Below, piece by piece: positions 1 through 13,400 of a DNA stretch of 64,000 nt. A program made the translations under genes and the position numbers. Source of the DNA: Fimbriosthenelais zetlandica. Lineage: Eukaryota. The DNA lies in NCBI GenBank assembly GCA_977030845.1, contig OZ365115.1, positions 8,990,001 through 9,054,000 on the forward strand. Direction: 5' to 3'. How positions within the stretch are numbered: the first letter of the stretch is position 1; every line of letters starts with the position of its first letter. The notes beneath the pieces were generated by a model. The model was given only the letters and a program-made list of their open reading frames with translations. It was not told the DNA's origin and made no database searches.

Positions 1-3000
1 ATTTAAATCCAGGGACGTTTGTACAAAAAGTGTTAATCATCTAAGTCTGTCATTCTATCTCTGTCTCTTTCACACTGGGTCACACTGATGAATGTATGGC
101 GAATCTCACACATGAAGCAAACCTGAGTAAATCTGCATCAAATATGGCAAATACATATTCATTTTGATCCTCTGATAGTACTCTCTCACACATTTAGATA
201 CGTCAGGATGGATATGACATTAGATCAGTATCTGTCAGTAGTACTGATACCCCGTGGACTATACCATCAATTCCACAAACATGAACAAGATAAGGCACAC
301 TTTCATGAATCGCAGAATCTATATCCATCTGCTAATGAGTACAATATAGATCTACTTCTTTCCATGGGGTAAAATCCTGCAGTCACTAACAACGAAATGT
401 AAAGAATTAGGACAGCTGCGATGAGTGTCCCTTTGGAATCTTGACGGGAAGGGGGAAAATAGCCTATACACTACATGACGATTTGGCATGGAAACAGTAC
501 TCCATATCTTTTATATTTACATGTGTCCTCCTAGCAATTGGGTTAATTCCTAGTGCTTGGGTATATTGCCGGGGATAGGCCTTATATAGGGGAGAGCAGG
601 TGAGGATGGCAACAAAGGCCATTATAGGTGTACAATCTACTCTTAGCCTAGCTGTATGTATGTAATACAAACATTTATTTTGATTTTGTATACCCATAAA
701 AAGAATGACGTTTAAAACAAAGTAATCGAAATCTGTACTATAGACTATAGGCCACAGCATTGACAAAACGTCCCATACTGTGCATGTTGTCTAAATACTT
801 TTTTTTAATACTAAATGAATCTGAATGTGTTTGTCTGATGGATTCATTTATAGTTTATCTGGATCTGGCCTCGGTGTGCACCTGATTATGTTTGTTCTAC
901 GCCCAGACATTCATGAGATACACCTGTGAGTTTTTAAATAATTTTTTTTTTTTTTACTCAAATGGTAGATAGACCCATGTGTTCCTATATGGCCTGAACC
1001 ATTAAAAATAACATTCAACCTTGACAAATAGACAGTATCATATTTTTGTCATATAACTTTGTTAATTAAACTAAATGAATTACATTAAGGGTGTCAGAGG
1101 TGCAATAGAAGGTTACTGGGAAAAAATACAGAAGTTGAATTACCAAGAGATAACATTATTCTCTTTAAGGATGTAGATTGCACAAGTTTAAAGACTTGCC
1201 AGAGACTTTTTTGAATCCTAAATACCAGGGTTATATCTTACTTAATCTGTGAGAGTTACTTTCCAGTTGAGAGACAGTTTCCTGCTTATTAATTTTTCAG
1301 TATCATCCCTGATTGATATAGTGATCCTACTGGGTGTAACATTAACAGGTACCAATCCTCTTCCTCCTGTACATTCTCCAGCACCTACTCCTGGTTACTC
1401 CAGTGTCCTCCTCATCACACCTCCTCACCCCTCACCGGACAGTCTATGGTAGCATTCGTTAACCATGAGGACAGAGATAAATATCGCGGGAGGGCCACAA
1501 TGGTTGTGTTCGAATAGTCACAAATCAACTCTATGGTATTAACAGAAGGAATATTTTCTGAATGAATACCTGAATGAACCTTGCAAAATTAATGATAAGG
1601 TCATTTATGCCTCTCACTGACTGTAGTGAGAGGCAAGTATTAATTCAATACACTTAGCTTGATTGTGGACACAGATTAATATACAGAATAATTATATAAA
1701 GGTCCTTGTATGATCTTAAAACTAGATGACAAGAACAAACAATAGAAATCATTGTGTAAGATCAATTGCTGCCACTAAATAAGTAGACTTGTGTCGACAG
1801 CGTGTTTCCCTGATATGACACTGATATAAATCCTTAATCACAACCTTGGTCACTCAATTATTTCACTTTAAAATAGATGGTATAGTAGGCTACAGGTTAC
1901 AGAACTAGTGCTTTGATCATTGCTGCAACGATTTGGTATATATGAGACATTTCCACGATTGTTGATCATAGGTGCGTTTAATGATTTATATATCATCATA
2001 TTCGCTACCAGATTTAAGCTTCCTGCCTGTCACAGTGTCAGAGATGTCAGTCGTGACTTGATGTAAAATACGGCAGAGGAAGGCTGACACGTGTGAAATA
2101 AGCAATGCCATGAGGTCCATCAACTTTCAGGTTCATGGTGTCCACTCAGTGTCCACGAGTATGACACTTGGAAATCAATGCATTCAAAGTTGTGTTAAAT
2201 AAATTCTTTCTTCATTATTCCTTACTTTATTCACTTTCAACTGGTGGGAATCGCAGGGACCTATTCACTGTAGGCCTATTAAAAATTAACGAGAATCATC
2301 GGGAAATTTTGAAGGTTAAACGTACCCTTTTGCAGAGGGAGGAAAGTGATCTACAATTTTATCTAGGGGCCTAGTATTTTTATGCAGGAAATCGTTAAAA
2401 CTTGAGTATTATCTTCCTCTACATCGTCAGCTCATATCGATGATATAAATATATAGGATCAAACAGAAAAGATAACGACAATATACTGCATGCATTGGAC
2501 ATATTTGTAATGTAACGGCTGTGATGTTGATTTTGGTGATATTGCCCACTTAGAGATAGGCTTTACTGTCCCTCCCTGTCTATGTCTCTCACTCACTTCC
2601 TACATCTGTCTTTGGCTATGTCTCTTTCTTCATAGATTAAAATTCAGAGCTTTGAATTAAGCAATGCATACATTCATCACTGGATAAATACCTGTGAATA
2701 TTCATGAGTAGGAAATCATAATGTTATATTTCCATATCCATAGTCCAGACCACTCTCATGGACACGTATACATTATAAGCCAGGTTCCATGCTCTATCCC
2801 CATTGCCTGACAATAATTATGGTTCGGCATTCCCATTTCTGACAACAAAAAACCCTGATTCCATAATTCAACACCTTTTTGAGATCTCTTGAGATCAGAA
2901 ATTCTGTACATTCAGGTACTATACCCTTTATATTCTAATATTAAATTTTATATTTTAATAAATATATTACCTGGTATACCCCATTATTGCAGTACCTATA

Positions 3001-4638
3001 CCCACTACAGTATAACCAGTATTAATTTTATGTTAAGACCATGATCATACACCTCAAACAATCTAAATAAATATTTTATTACCAGTATAGATCTTTTTGC
3101 ATTGCTAGGCTATAACGATATTTCTGGCATCTGACTATGCATATGCATTGATTATATTGCTTGTGGAGAATCAATCGGTTGGAGATACAGTAAATTAAAG
3201 GGTGTATGAGAGGTTTTCTTAACAATATACATAATTATATCCAAGCCATCTTCATGTATATGATTTCCTCCAAAAAGGTTGCCAAAATTCCACATACATT
3301 TCTAGCCCCCATCCCTATAGAGATCACGGGATCCATACCAGATTACTGACCCAATAATTGACAAATCTGTACGTGACTACCGGGCAAAATCATGATAACC
3401 ATACAACTAATTAACACATTTCAATATTAAGTCAGATTAAGAGAGTTACCTACAGATACGCAGTAGTTTTGGCATCCCTCATGGCATTGTGCTTTCTACA
3501 CCTGTTGCAGAACAATAACTTCCTTTCAAAACCATGGATAATGTTATGGACGACGCTAGCTGAACCTGATAAATTGCGATAACTTACAGGTGGTTGTGGG
3601 ACATGATTTGTTATCAATACAGGCTAGACCCATTATATCATTAATATAAACTCGCTCCCCACTACACGCATGTAACTCCCACCACCAGCATCCATCTGTA
3701 GTTGATCCAGACTTTAGTTAATATTGACACAAACCGGCCTTGTAGCGGTTAAAAGTCTCGAAATCTAGAGTATTCCTGGACCATAACAAGACAAATTCCA
3801 TACTTAAATCCACTCTGACAAGCGTGTAGGTGTATGGCTCTGTCTTTAACAATAATTTAGATCCTTTGCAAAGGTTTACCTGAGAGAGAAATGGTGTCAT
3901 ATGTTTTGATCAGTCACCAGATCCAGTCACAAATCCTTCACGCAATATTTCGCCGTTCTTTCGCCTGGCTTTATAGATGAGATTTGTGTGTAGTTGATAA
4001 GTACACAGGTCAAGAGATAAAAAAAAACCTGTTCTTGACTTCCTATTGAAGTAGCTTATCCGGAGTATTATATGCAGATCTTATATTTTTAACTTTGAAA
4101 ACCACCTGACCCCATTTAGTCTTAAAACTATTTCTGTCTTTCTAACAAAAAGGTTTTCAACAACACGTACCTGTTAAGAACACTCCTCATGTGAAATTAA
4201 CCCAAAATATCCCTAATTAGTTATACCTATTTTGGGGGATTTTTGTCACGGTCTAGATATCTTTAGTGAAAAATGTACCTTTAAGGTCAATCTGACACGA
4301 ACACTATCCACATTACCGTGGTTCTTTACATAATTTGCCCCTTCCTTTGATAAGTTCAGGCATTCACCACTGGCATTCATTCAACCCTACCCAACATTAA
4401 ATAACATCAACCTCACATCTTAAAATATCATTATACCAACTTTACAATCATTGCATGGTGCATACATTTAAGTTATACTCTACCAGGGAAAGTACGAGTT
4501 TCGCATTACTAATGCTAGTATATAATATAATACATGTATAGTCATGGATTGGTATGTAGAGAGTGGGGCATCTCAATTTAGTAGACCACATAACAAGAAA
4601 AAGTTTGAAGTAAATATATTGACATACCTGTGTGTATG

Positions 4639-6223
4639 TAGGCCTATATGGCACGGCTCAGGTTGATACAGGTATAATAGGCCTACTGCGTGTGATATAT
4701 TATTTTACAGTTAGTTGTGTCTCATAGACACACACTCTAAAACTCTGGCGGCATTCAGCGGTCAATTTCTTTTTATAACTGGCCATATTCCAGTTATTCC
4801 TGCCAAGAATCAGCACATGTCGGATGCGTTTTGTGTCGCCATCAATCGGCGGTCACTGCCAGTAATATCTGGTCAAAGTCGTCCTTATGCGGTCAAGATC
4901 GGTCAATGACAGGAGTAGCCATCATAATACGGTCATTGGCTATTTTTCCCTGGCAAGAATCAGCACATGTTGGATGCATATTGCATCGCCATCAATCGGC
5001 GGTCACTGCCAGTAATATCTGGTCAAAGTTGTCCATATTTATGCGGTCAATGGCAGGAGTAGCCATCATAATACGGCCTTCCTAGGCCTTTTTGAAAGTA
5101 GGCTAGGCATAAAGTGTAGGCCTATAGGTGTAGCCTACATGCATGCTGGCCTATTTTCTAGATGAACTGACTTTTACTATGACTATATTGCCATTTTTTA
5201 AGTCTAAGCCTTATATGGCCAGGCTAAATAAGCCTATTATTAGATGCTCGAGCCCTAGGCCTAAGCCAAACATTTAAAATTAATCAATAGGGGGCGCTAT
5301 GCCTAGGGCTCAAGACATATTTTTTTTAATCATAGGCCCATTTTTTAAAAATTAGGTCCATCATAATTTGCAAGCGTAGACCAATAAAAGGTCTATTATT
5401 ATGGGGATAAATTTAGCTTGTAGGCCTAGTCTCGGAGGGACGGGATTGCTTTCAGGCCCACGGGCAGTTGGCGGCAATTTTGGTCACGTGGGTAGGCGCC
5501 ATCTTTGTTTTCGTCGCCATCTTGGATAGAAGAAAAACAGACTGGCGCATGGGGAAGGAAGAGAGGATTGTACACCATTTACACGGTAATTTCTTTATTT
5601 TCTGACATTTTGATTTTGCTTGACAATCACATTATAACAATGTGATAAGTGGAATATCAGATCTGCTTCCAAGACATCACTGTTAGCACCTTGAGCCCGA
5701 CCGCTCGCTCGCTCATTCATTCATTCTTTCTTTCATCATTATGATTATCGCACATGCCCATAACATAAGGCTCTCTTAGCTTTTAATATAGGCCTAGGAG
5801 GGTGGAAGCACGAAAAGATGCAGGTATTGCTATGGTAATTCAGGTCCCAATGATGTGAAAGAACAGACATGATATAATATGTTTAGGCCTTTCTAAGTTT
5901 AATATGGAAGAACATCTCCCCCACAGCCATGGTCCACGCAGCAATCTTGACCACTGCCGGCTTCTGCTGCAGTGACGGCGGCAGGGGTAATAGGCCTACC
6001 CCGGGAGGCCTACCGAGTCTGAGCGGTCTCATGACCATGACATGTGCGAGGCTATAGGCCTATTATTACGATAGAGATAGACCTGCAATTCACCTATAGG
6101 CCGACTAGCCAATAATTCTGGGATAGAACATATCCTTTTTAATATTATTATTAATATTCATTTTAACTTTCTCTAGGCTACCTGCAACTTCACCGAATCA
6201 CGTGCCAGTTTCTGATAGGCCTA
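4639..6223. repeat. Dense cluster of the palindromic octamer TAGGCCTA
   Basis: Exact copies at 4639, 4678, 5117, 5256, 5421, 5789, 5991, 6055 and 6216, plus many partial variants (taggct, agccta). Confidence 0.85.
4801..5078. repeat. Imperfect tandem duplication, 150-bp period
   Basis: tgccaagaatcagcacatgt at 4801 and tggcaagaatcagcacatgt at 4951. The long blocks tcgccatcaatcggcggtcactgccagtaatatctggtcaaagt and caggagtagccatcataatacgg occur in both units. Confidence 0.9.
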
Positions 6224-7182
6224 GGCTACACCTACATATGGGCTAAGACATCAAAATCTGAAGATGTCAGAGGCCGTGACTGTTGGACTGGATAGGGCCT
6301 ACCCGGTAAGTAATAAGTAAATTTCATGTATTGATTTTTAAGTTTCATGGCAGTGGAAAAGTCGATAAGATGATGGAACCTGTGTATAAACATTGTGGTA
6401 CAATAGGTAAATCGATTTTTAAAAAAAAGATTGTATAAATGAAACACTCGCAGTTCTACATGTCGCTACAAGACAAGCAAATGCTAAGTCTGTATCTTAT
6501 ATTTTCAGATTATTCATGGGTGTGTCGCCTGACAATGGAAACAAAACGACCACAAAGAAGAGGAAAATGGAAATTCCTCAAAGGGTTGGGACCTTCATTC
6601 GACAGTTTACAACATTCCAAGAACAAGCGTAAACAATTATTTAAAGCGTGATACATAACTTCTTTTTAACCAAATGGTGTAAGTTTAATGTGATATGTTA
6701 AAGTTATTATGAGAGTATAGGCGTTTTTAATTTTGAGACCAGCATTTTAAACCTCTGTGTCATTGGGGGTTCCATCCATACAGCTTTCCATAATTATGTT
6801 ACTTAATTATCTGTCTTATTCAAAGGATTATGTGATTATCTATTAGAATGGAATATCACAATTATTTCTACTTTTTAACTATTTTTATTATGGGATTACT
6901 GTCATGCTAATTTCCTGAGTTATCTTAAATAAAAGAAGTTTCGAATAAACATGATTTGATTTTTTACTGTTATATCGCATATTAATTTATAAAAAAATAT
7001 ATATAGCCCCCGCCCCCACCCCTGGACTGGAAGATTTGTAAATTGACGGTCAAATTCAACTATAAACGGTCAATGGCGATAGACGCTATATGGTCAACCG
7101 ACCAGAATTTACTGGGAATGTACTGTAATAGACGGGAGTTGCCAGTATAAAATGGCAGTGTCGGCCATTATATAACGGTCAC

Positions 7183-7280
7183 GCGTCCAGTTTATGATGG
7201 CGCTGTGTTCCAGTAAATACTGGCGCTGCTCGATGAGCGTCCAGTTTATGATGGCGCTGTGTTCCAGTAAATACTGGCGC
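7183..7280. repeat. Tandem duplication, 54-bp period with a 44-bp identical core
   Basis: gcgtccagtttatgatggcgctgtgttccagtaaatactggcgc at 7183-7226 and 7237-7280. Confidence 0.95.
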
Positions 7281-8671
7281 CGCGTGAAGCGTGACCGTCA
7301 TTTGATGGGAGGGGGTGGGGGGCTCCATCTAATGCTGGTCAACCTGCCGGAGATTAGTTGCAGGTCAAATGACCGTCCAATGATGGTCATTCGCGGATCT
7401 GGGTCTAAGAGTGCAGGTGTGTCTATATGTAGAGCTATAGGTAGATCTGAAACTAAAGCCAGTGTTGTCATATCACACCAACATGAATCTTCTCCGGCCG
7501 TGCCCGCAGCACAGCCCTGTACAAGATTTAACGATGCGTGGCGTTGACCTAAACACCTTGTGATTCGGCAGATCTCCAAAGAACGACCTCGAGTTTGTAG
7601 GGGGCGTGTAGGAAGAAGCGTAGGCTATATTATCACTTGATTATATGCATTCCTAGATACGCCAGCGTCAAACCTGGGTACCGCATACATATACAGTTGG
7701 GTAGGAATTAAGGTCTGTGAAATTGGGTTTAATTTGAATCCTATGTGTAGGCCTAATGGTGAAAAGATACACATACATGTATTGCAGTCAGTCTGAGTTA
7801 AAATTGGAGGTGGGTGGGAGGGAGAGGAGCATGCATTACCCTACCCTTGCATGTGGAAAATATTAAGATAGTTGGCCGAGATGAAAGAAAAGATGGAACT
7901 GATACGACCTCCAAACATGCTTCATGGGTAAACAAGATGTTCTTCATTGAGGAACGTAAAAAAGATTGTTCTTCATGTCTTAAATTGGAATAGTTATTGG
8001 GGAGTAAACAGGTTGAATCATCAATGGTACCATTCAAACTGTTTGCTACCAAGGTACGAGTATATGGGAAGGGGTAGGAAAGATAGCCTACTATTTAAAA
8101 TGTTTAATAATGATTTTTCACATGATAAATTACTTTTAGAGAGCTTTATCAATTACAGAGGCATATTTAACATTAGCTTGATTATTAATAGTTGGGTGGT
8201 TGAAAAGATTAGGAGGCCTAAATGAACGCACATAATTAAACAGTTCCCGGTCGCTACATGGCTGTAGACATGCCTGCGAGAGAGGGAGGAAGTTCTTACA
8301 CCAACTGATCAGTCGTGACATCTGGAGGGAAAACAGGAAACGAGGAAGAAATTTAAAGCTAGATTGGTTTATGAATTTGTTAATAACGGATTGATCGTTT
8401 AGTATTTCTATCAATAGTTACATAATTTCACTGTCTACCCACTAACTTCATTACAAAAAAAACAGACAAATTGTTTCAAAATTCATCCCCAGAAAAACGA
8501 GATCTAGGCCTATAATTATGGATTTTAATAAAAATTGGCCAATAGGATTAGTTATTGTCGACATAAAATGTTCTGCTCTTATGGAACGGCAACATAATAT
8601 GAAGTGCCTATATTTTTTCTAAAAGTCTAAAATTTTCGTCCAACCATATGATAAACAATATAGTTGGCTTT

Positions 8672-10431
8672 TCATGCCACAGATGTTAATGCCACCCTTG
8701 CGTCAATAGTTGACAATGTCACTGTATTGGCGTCACTCACATAATTTGGTCTCTTCAATATACACTGACAGCAAATCTTCTTAACCGACGCCTTAAACTG
8801 CTCATATTTGAGTGCGTATATTACAGGATTAATGCAACAATTAGTGAAGACAGCAATGACAGTAAAATGATAAAATGGACTTTCGAAATCATTCCTGTAT
8901 CCCAGGTTCATCATGGTGAAATAGACCTGATTCCAGGACCAACAGAGAATGAATGATACAGAAACTATGACCAGTGTCTTAATTGTATTCCTGCGCGCTC
9001 TTTGAAAGCGGTCCTCTCTGTGTAGGCCTACAGGTCCGATTCCAGTGGCAGCGGTTCCTGAACTATGGCTTACTTGATTACCTTGTTTTTTCAGTCGGTG
9101 GGCTATGCGACCGTAAGAATAGATGAGAATCCAAATAGGGATGAAGTACTGAAGTAAGACTGTGAAAACCCCAAAGACTTTCTGGGATGTAGGGTTCGGC
9201 CAGTCCTTGTAGAGCCGGCACTTGCCATCGGTTTGATCGATGGATGTGGTAGGAATCATGTAAAGGGCATTGAAAAATGGACCAAAGACCCATACAAAAA
9301 CCAATGATACATAGGCCTTCGTCTTGGTAAATGTCACTTTATGTCGGATAGGATGAACTATCTGCAACGATAAGAAAATTAATACATATTGCCAGATATT
9401 TCCATTACTATGAAAGTAATATTTTGTGGAGTTTATATATATAGAGAGAATTGTACTCACCTCAAAATATCTTTCAAGGGTGAGAGCCACGAGATTGTAA
9501 GTAGAAGAGACAAGAAATCCCCAGAGGAACAATCTAGTGGACCAGAATTTACAATACACATCTCCAGCCGTCCCTTCATAAGGCACCTACACAACACAAG
9601 GTGAACATGTCAATTTGTAATTAGGCTATATTTTTCCCCGTCAGATCTCTCTGTTGTAGCCTACACAATAGGGCCTATAGAGTTACATTAATGAGAAAGC
9701 ATGAATGACTTATTGGGGGCAAACATGCAACATGGATGTTTAGCATCATTTTGTCCATGGTTTATCTCAAAATCTTGAGATATCTCAGGAATATGAAATA
9801 GTAAATGAATATGTATATAGGCATAGGCCTATTTTGGTAGCATCTAGCTGAATATAGCAGGACAGAGTTAAGGAAGTAAGAAGATGAAAGTCTCTGAGAG
9901 GAAGCATAAGCCTAGTCAATAGTCAGGACATAGATTGAAAACCAGTCATTATTTTTTTGTAGGCTAGCCTATATTCGAAATATTTGGTCCTGAATAAAAT
10001 TTAATGTTCGTTCTCGAGCAGGAAGGAAGGAAGACGAAGGTATGAAAGAAGGAAGAAAAAAGTGGTAGGAGGGTGGGGGGAGAAAGGAAATAACTCACAT
10101 GACCCCCATTCATAGTGGCGCCGACGGCGATGAGAAAGATTGAGACACAGAGGTCGATGGCGCTCTGATTAATGATATAAACATTGGTCAGTTTCTTTCT
10201 CATGCTGGATACATTGAGAATAACTACTAGAACAAACAGGTTGCCCAGCATGCCTACCAGGCCAATAGACATGTAGACATACTTAACAGCATCTTCCAAC
10301 ACTGCCCCATCAGATTGAGGAAAACTTAAAGTCGTGTTGTCTGACGTCATTACTTTCGTGGTGGACATATTGATGACGTCACTGGAAGCGGCAGGCGAAA
10401 CAAGCCAGGCAGCATCCATGAGTGATTCCAT
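8672..10431 (-). CDS. Rhodopsin-class orphan GPCR 1 (galanin/allatostatin-A receptor-like expanded invertebrate family), about 382 aa
   Basis: Exons 10431-10099 (ATG in ACCATGG; an upstream in-frame ATG at 10452), 9586-9461 (126 bp) and 9361-8672 (TGA). Both introns are phase 0 GT-AG. Motifs: TM1 GMLGN, TM2 INQSAID, ECL1 YCKFW, TM3 LTLERY, TM6 CWSWNQ, TM7 NCCINPVIY, with N-terminal N-glycosylation sequons. A probable 5' UTR exon ends at 11543 (CAG|GTGAGC) and splices to the acceptor before 10490. Confidence 0.93.
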
Positions 10432-13400
10432 GGTAGAGAGGCCTACTAACATAGCATATCTGAACTTTTTCACCTCCTTTTATATGACAACTGAAAGTAA
10501 CCAATAATATTGTTCAACATGCATTCCCCAACACATTTAATTAGGCTACATGTAGGCCTATATAGCCCAGCCTTTCCTAGGAACACGGCTGCACTTTTTT
10601 TCATCATATAGCCTAATTGCTGAGTTGGGCTGATATTATCACCTTTAAGTTTTTGTTGTTGCTTTAATTCGAGGAACCAGAAGGCTTAGGTTGCATTATC
10701 AACCTATAGATTGGAGTTGACAATAATTCCGTATCAGGCAACTAAGCATAGGGGCCTACTTTTTTCCCAATGTTTTTCTAGTTCAAATAATCAAGTGGAG
10801 GACCAAGCATGCGGTTTATATATGTAGGCGTGTCAGGACCGACAGTTCCGCAATATGATCAAAAGTTTCTAATCTAGAATCCGGTGCTCTTGTACCAGAG
10901 GAAATCAAATTGTAACATTGACTTCCTGAATAGCATTGGTCTGTATGTAGGATTTCTTTTAGTAGGCAACTTCTGGCAAATCATATGTTATATGTGTAGC
11001 CTAAGGATGTATTCTCAAATCAGATTCGAGAACCATATATGTGTAATGGCCAATGACATTAAGCGTCATATTGTCATTCACGGAACGTTTTTCAATGTTT
11101 AGTTAAATAGAAAATTATTATATATTAGGCCTACGTAACTCTTCTTGAAATTCTATAGGCCAATAGAAATGGAGATTTCAGTGTTGGTAAAACAAGAAAT
11201 GTCCTTTTATATTGTTGAATATTAGACAGTGAACACTGGAGGCTAGCCGTACAAATCAATGTTCTTTTGTATATCTGTTTGCTTATGACAGACTATTTTC
11301 GTTAATGGTATCTATTAAGCCAGCTAACCACCCTCATGAAAAATGTGAATGCATATAATAGGACATACTAAATTGCAAGAACATTACCTTATTCAATAGG
11401 AATTTACTAACTTTATTTAATAGGTTTTTACTAACATAGAATATCAGGCTTCAAGTTGATTATTAATAATTAAGAAAATATTAAATATAATATAGCCCTA
11501 GGCCTACTACAGAGAGAATTAAGAGCCAATCGAGCTGCTCACCTGTGTTGTGGCTGGGACAACTTGTTGACAGTGTGCTGCTCCACCGCCACTCCTACCT
11601 GGTCTGACAGCCCAGGAGAAAGAGCCTGCTATTATAGCATCACCATACAACAATGGGTGAAGCAAAGGGAATGTATATACATTCATTTTTCTAAGTCATC
11701 AGATCAGTCTACTATTCCACAAACAATATACATGTATCGGTATAGGCCTAATATAAGCTAATGCCGTGCAATTTAATACTAGGCATATTAGTTTTATAAT
11801 ATTCATTAACTGTGCAGGCCTATTGATTTAAATAAAGCCTTATAACTTTAATGATTGTGGACTTTAGACTCTACATCGATTTCCTTCGATCCTACGATAT
11901 TTGTATCTAGAACCTGCCATTTTAAAATATTCATTTTTTACATGTTATGACAGAAATTAAATACGAATGATTTCGAAACTTATATCGACTTTGTATGACA
12001 TTACAGCTAAAGTTCAGAGAAATCTAAGAATCCAGGGACTTTTAAATGACATAGGCCTGTTGTACAAGAATAAAACTGTTATATATCCTATCAGACTCCA
12101 TATGTTTCAATAGACACATTGCACAATACCTTGACAATAACAAAAAGGCAAATAAATCAGAAGAATTGTCTCGAAACTTTGTACAAAAAGCTACCAAAGC
12201 AGAAGGCACGTGCCCTATTAGGTGTGGCATAATATTATATACACCAATGCACATTAAGCATTGATTTTGTAATTAGAGGAAGATTGTAAAGCTATGCATC
12301 TTTGCACTTGGCCACAACCTTGACATTCAGTGCTTCTCTCTGTATGAGAGGCAAGCACAAGAAATTGTTGCTTGAAAATATTAACAAAGCATTTGTCATC
12401 CTTGGTGGTCGATAAAGACAGATCTTTCGTTCGCTAAGAAATAAGAACCTCTATTGATTTTGCTGGAATCAATAAATTGCATACACGCCTTCTCCCGACA
12501 ATAGAAAAAAATTATGTTCAGCCAACACTTTGTTTTGTGTTTAGGCTTACATCTATAGATTCCATGACAAACAAAACTGATCCCCTTTATATTTTTTCTC
12601 ATATTGCAAAGACAATATGGTATCTCACCATATCACTGAAATGTAAAATTCAGATGAAATATTCACGATGGCGTCAATAGCCACGAATTGCATGGACAAG
12701 ATTTCCCCATTAATCGTAATTAATGTTCTAAAAGAGTCTAAAAACTGGTTAAGCTATTCCATTATAGCACTGCAGTACATAGTACCTGTTTACTTTTGAT
12801 CTCTCATTGCTCTTGTATTGCAGGCCTACCGTGCAATGCGTTATAGTAATTTTCTGATAAATTCCCACGTTTATTCCGCCCTACTGTCTCCTATAATTTC
12901 TCCCTCCCTTTCACTGTCTAGTTTTCGTTTTCCCTGCATGGTTATAGGCAATCTGTACTTTCAAGAGTGTCGAAATTTATTTGAATTTTATGAGTTCATG
13001 CCCAGCCAAAAGGAATAATTTATCCATATTGGCCTAGATATCAATGCTTAATAACAGGTTAACTCTGTAGTCTTCCAAGACCAAAATTCAAGTAATTGTT
13101 CATCTTTTGGTGTTACACCCAGTATAGTTATTGTGTTAGGGGCTCTCAATTTCAGAGCAAAAGGTGGCCTGACATAATTAAGTTAATAGACGAAGTCCTC
13201 CTCCCAACAGGGTGAATAGCTGGGCTATAGCTGGGCCCTCCACCAATGGCCACACTCTACTTCAAATGCTGTCTTATCAAAGTCTCCTCGATGTCAAAAA
13301 ATGGTGTTCATAAGTTTATGAAATCAGGCCTACTCCAGGTCTACTGGGAAAATCATAGGTTTGCCAGTACATTGCAATGAGAAGTTGCATGAATCTCAAG

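Larger units (their letters stand above)
4733..7413. mobile_element. Non-autonomous CACTA/EnSpm (CMC)-like DNA transposon, about 2.7 kb
   Basis: Left end CACTCTAAAACTC (4733) and right end reverse complement CACTCTTAGACCC (ends 7413) match at 10/13 with a CACT terminus. The dinucleotide CA flanks both ends (4731-4732, 7414-7415), a candidate 2-bp TSD. Both subterminal regions carry repeats and share a CCAG-N6-CTGG motif. No intact transposase ORF. Confidence 0.6.

Noticed and set aside
488-599. Signal-peptide-like hydrophobic stretch before a CAG|GTGAGG donor
   Set aside because: It needs both a frameshift and stop read-through to form an ORF.
3450-3900. Two-exon minus-strand ORF (3900-3735 plus 3565-3450, 93 aa) with compatible phases
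   Set aside because: Weak splice signals and no recognisable motif, so it is compatible with chance.
7798-8414. Several 84-92 aa ORFs and exon-like pieces between the transposon and GPCR 1
   Set aside because: Stops interrupt the most protein-like frame and no consistent gene model or family emerged.
9078-9604. Short alternative-frame and antisense ORFs over the GPCR 1 exons (also 15496-15732 over GPCR 2)
   Set aside because: These are shadows of real coding sequence.
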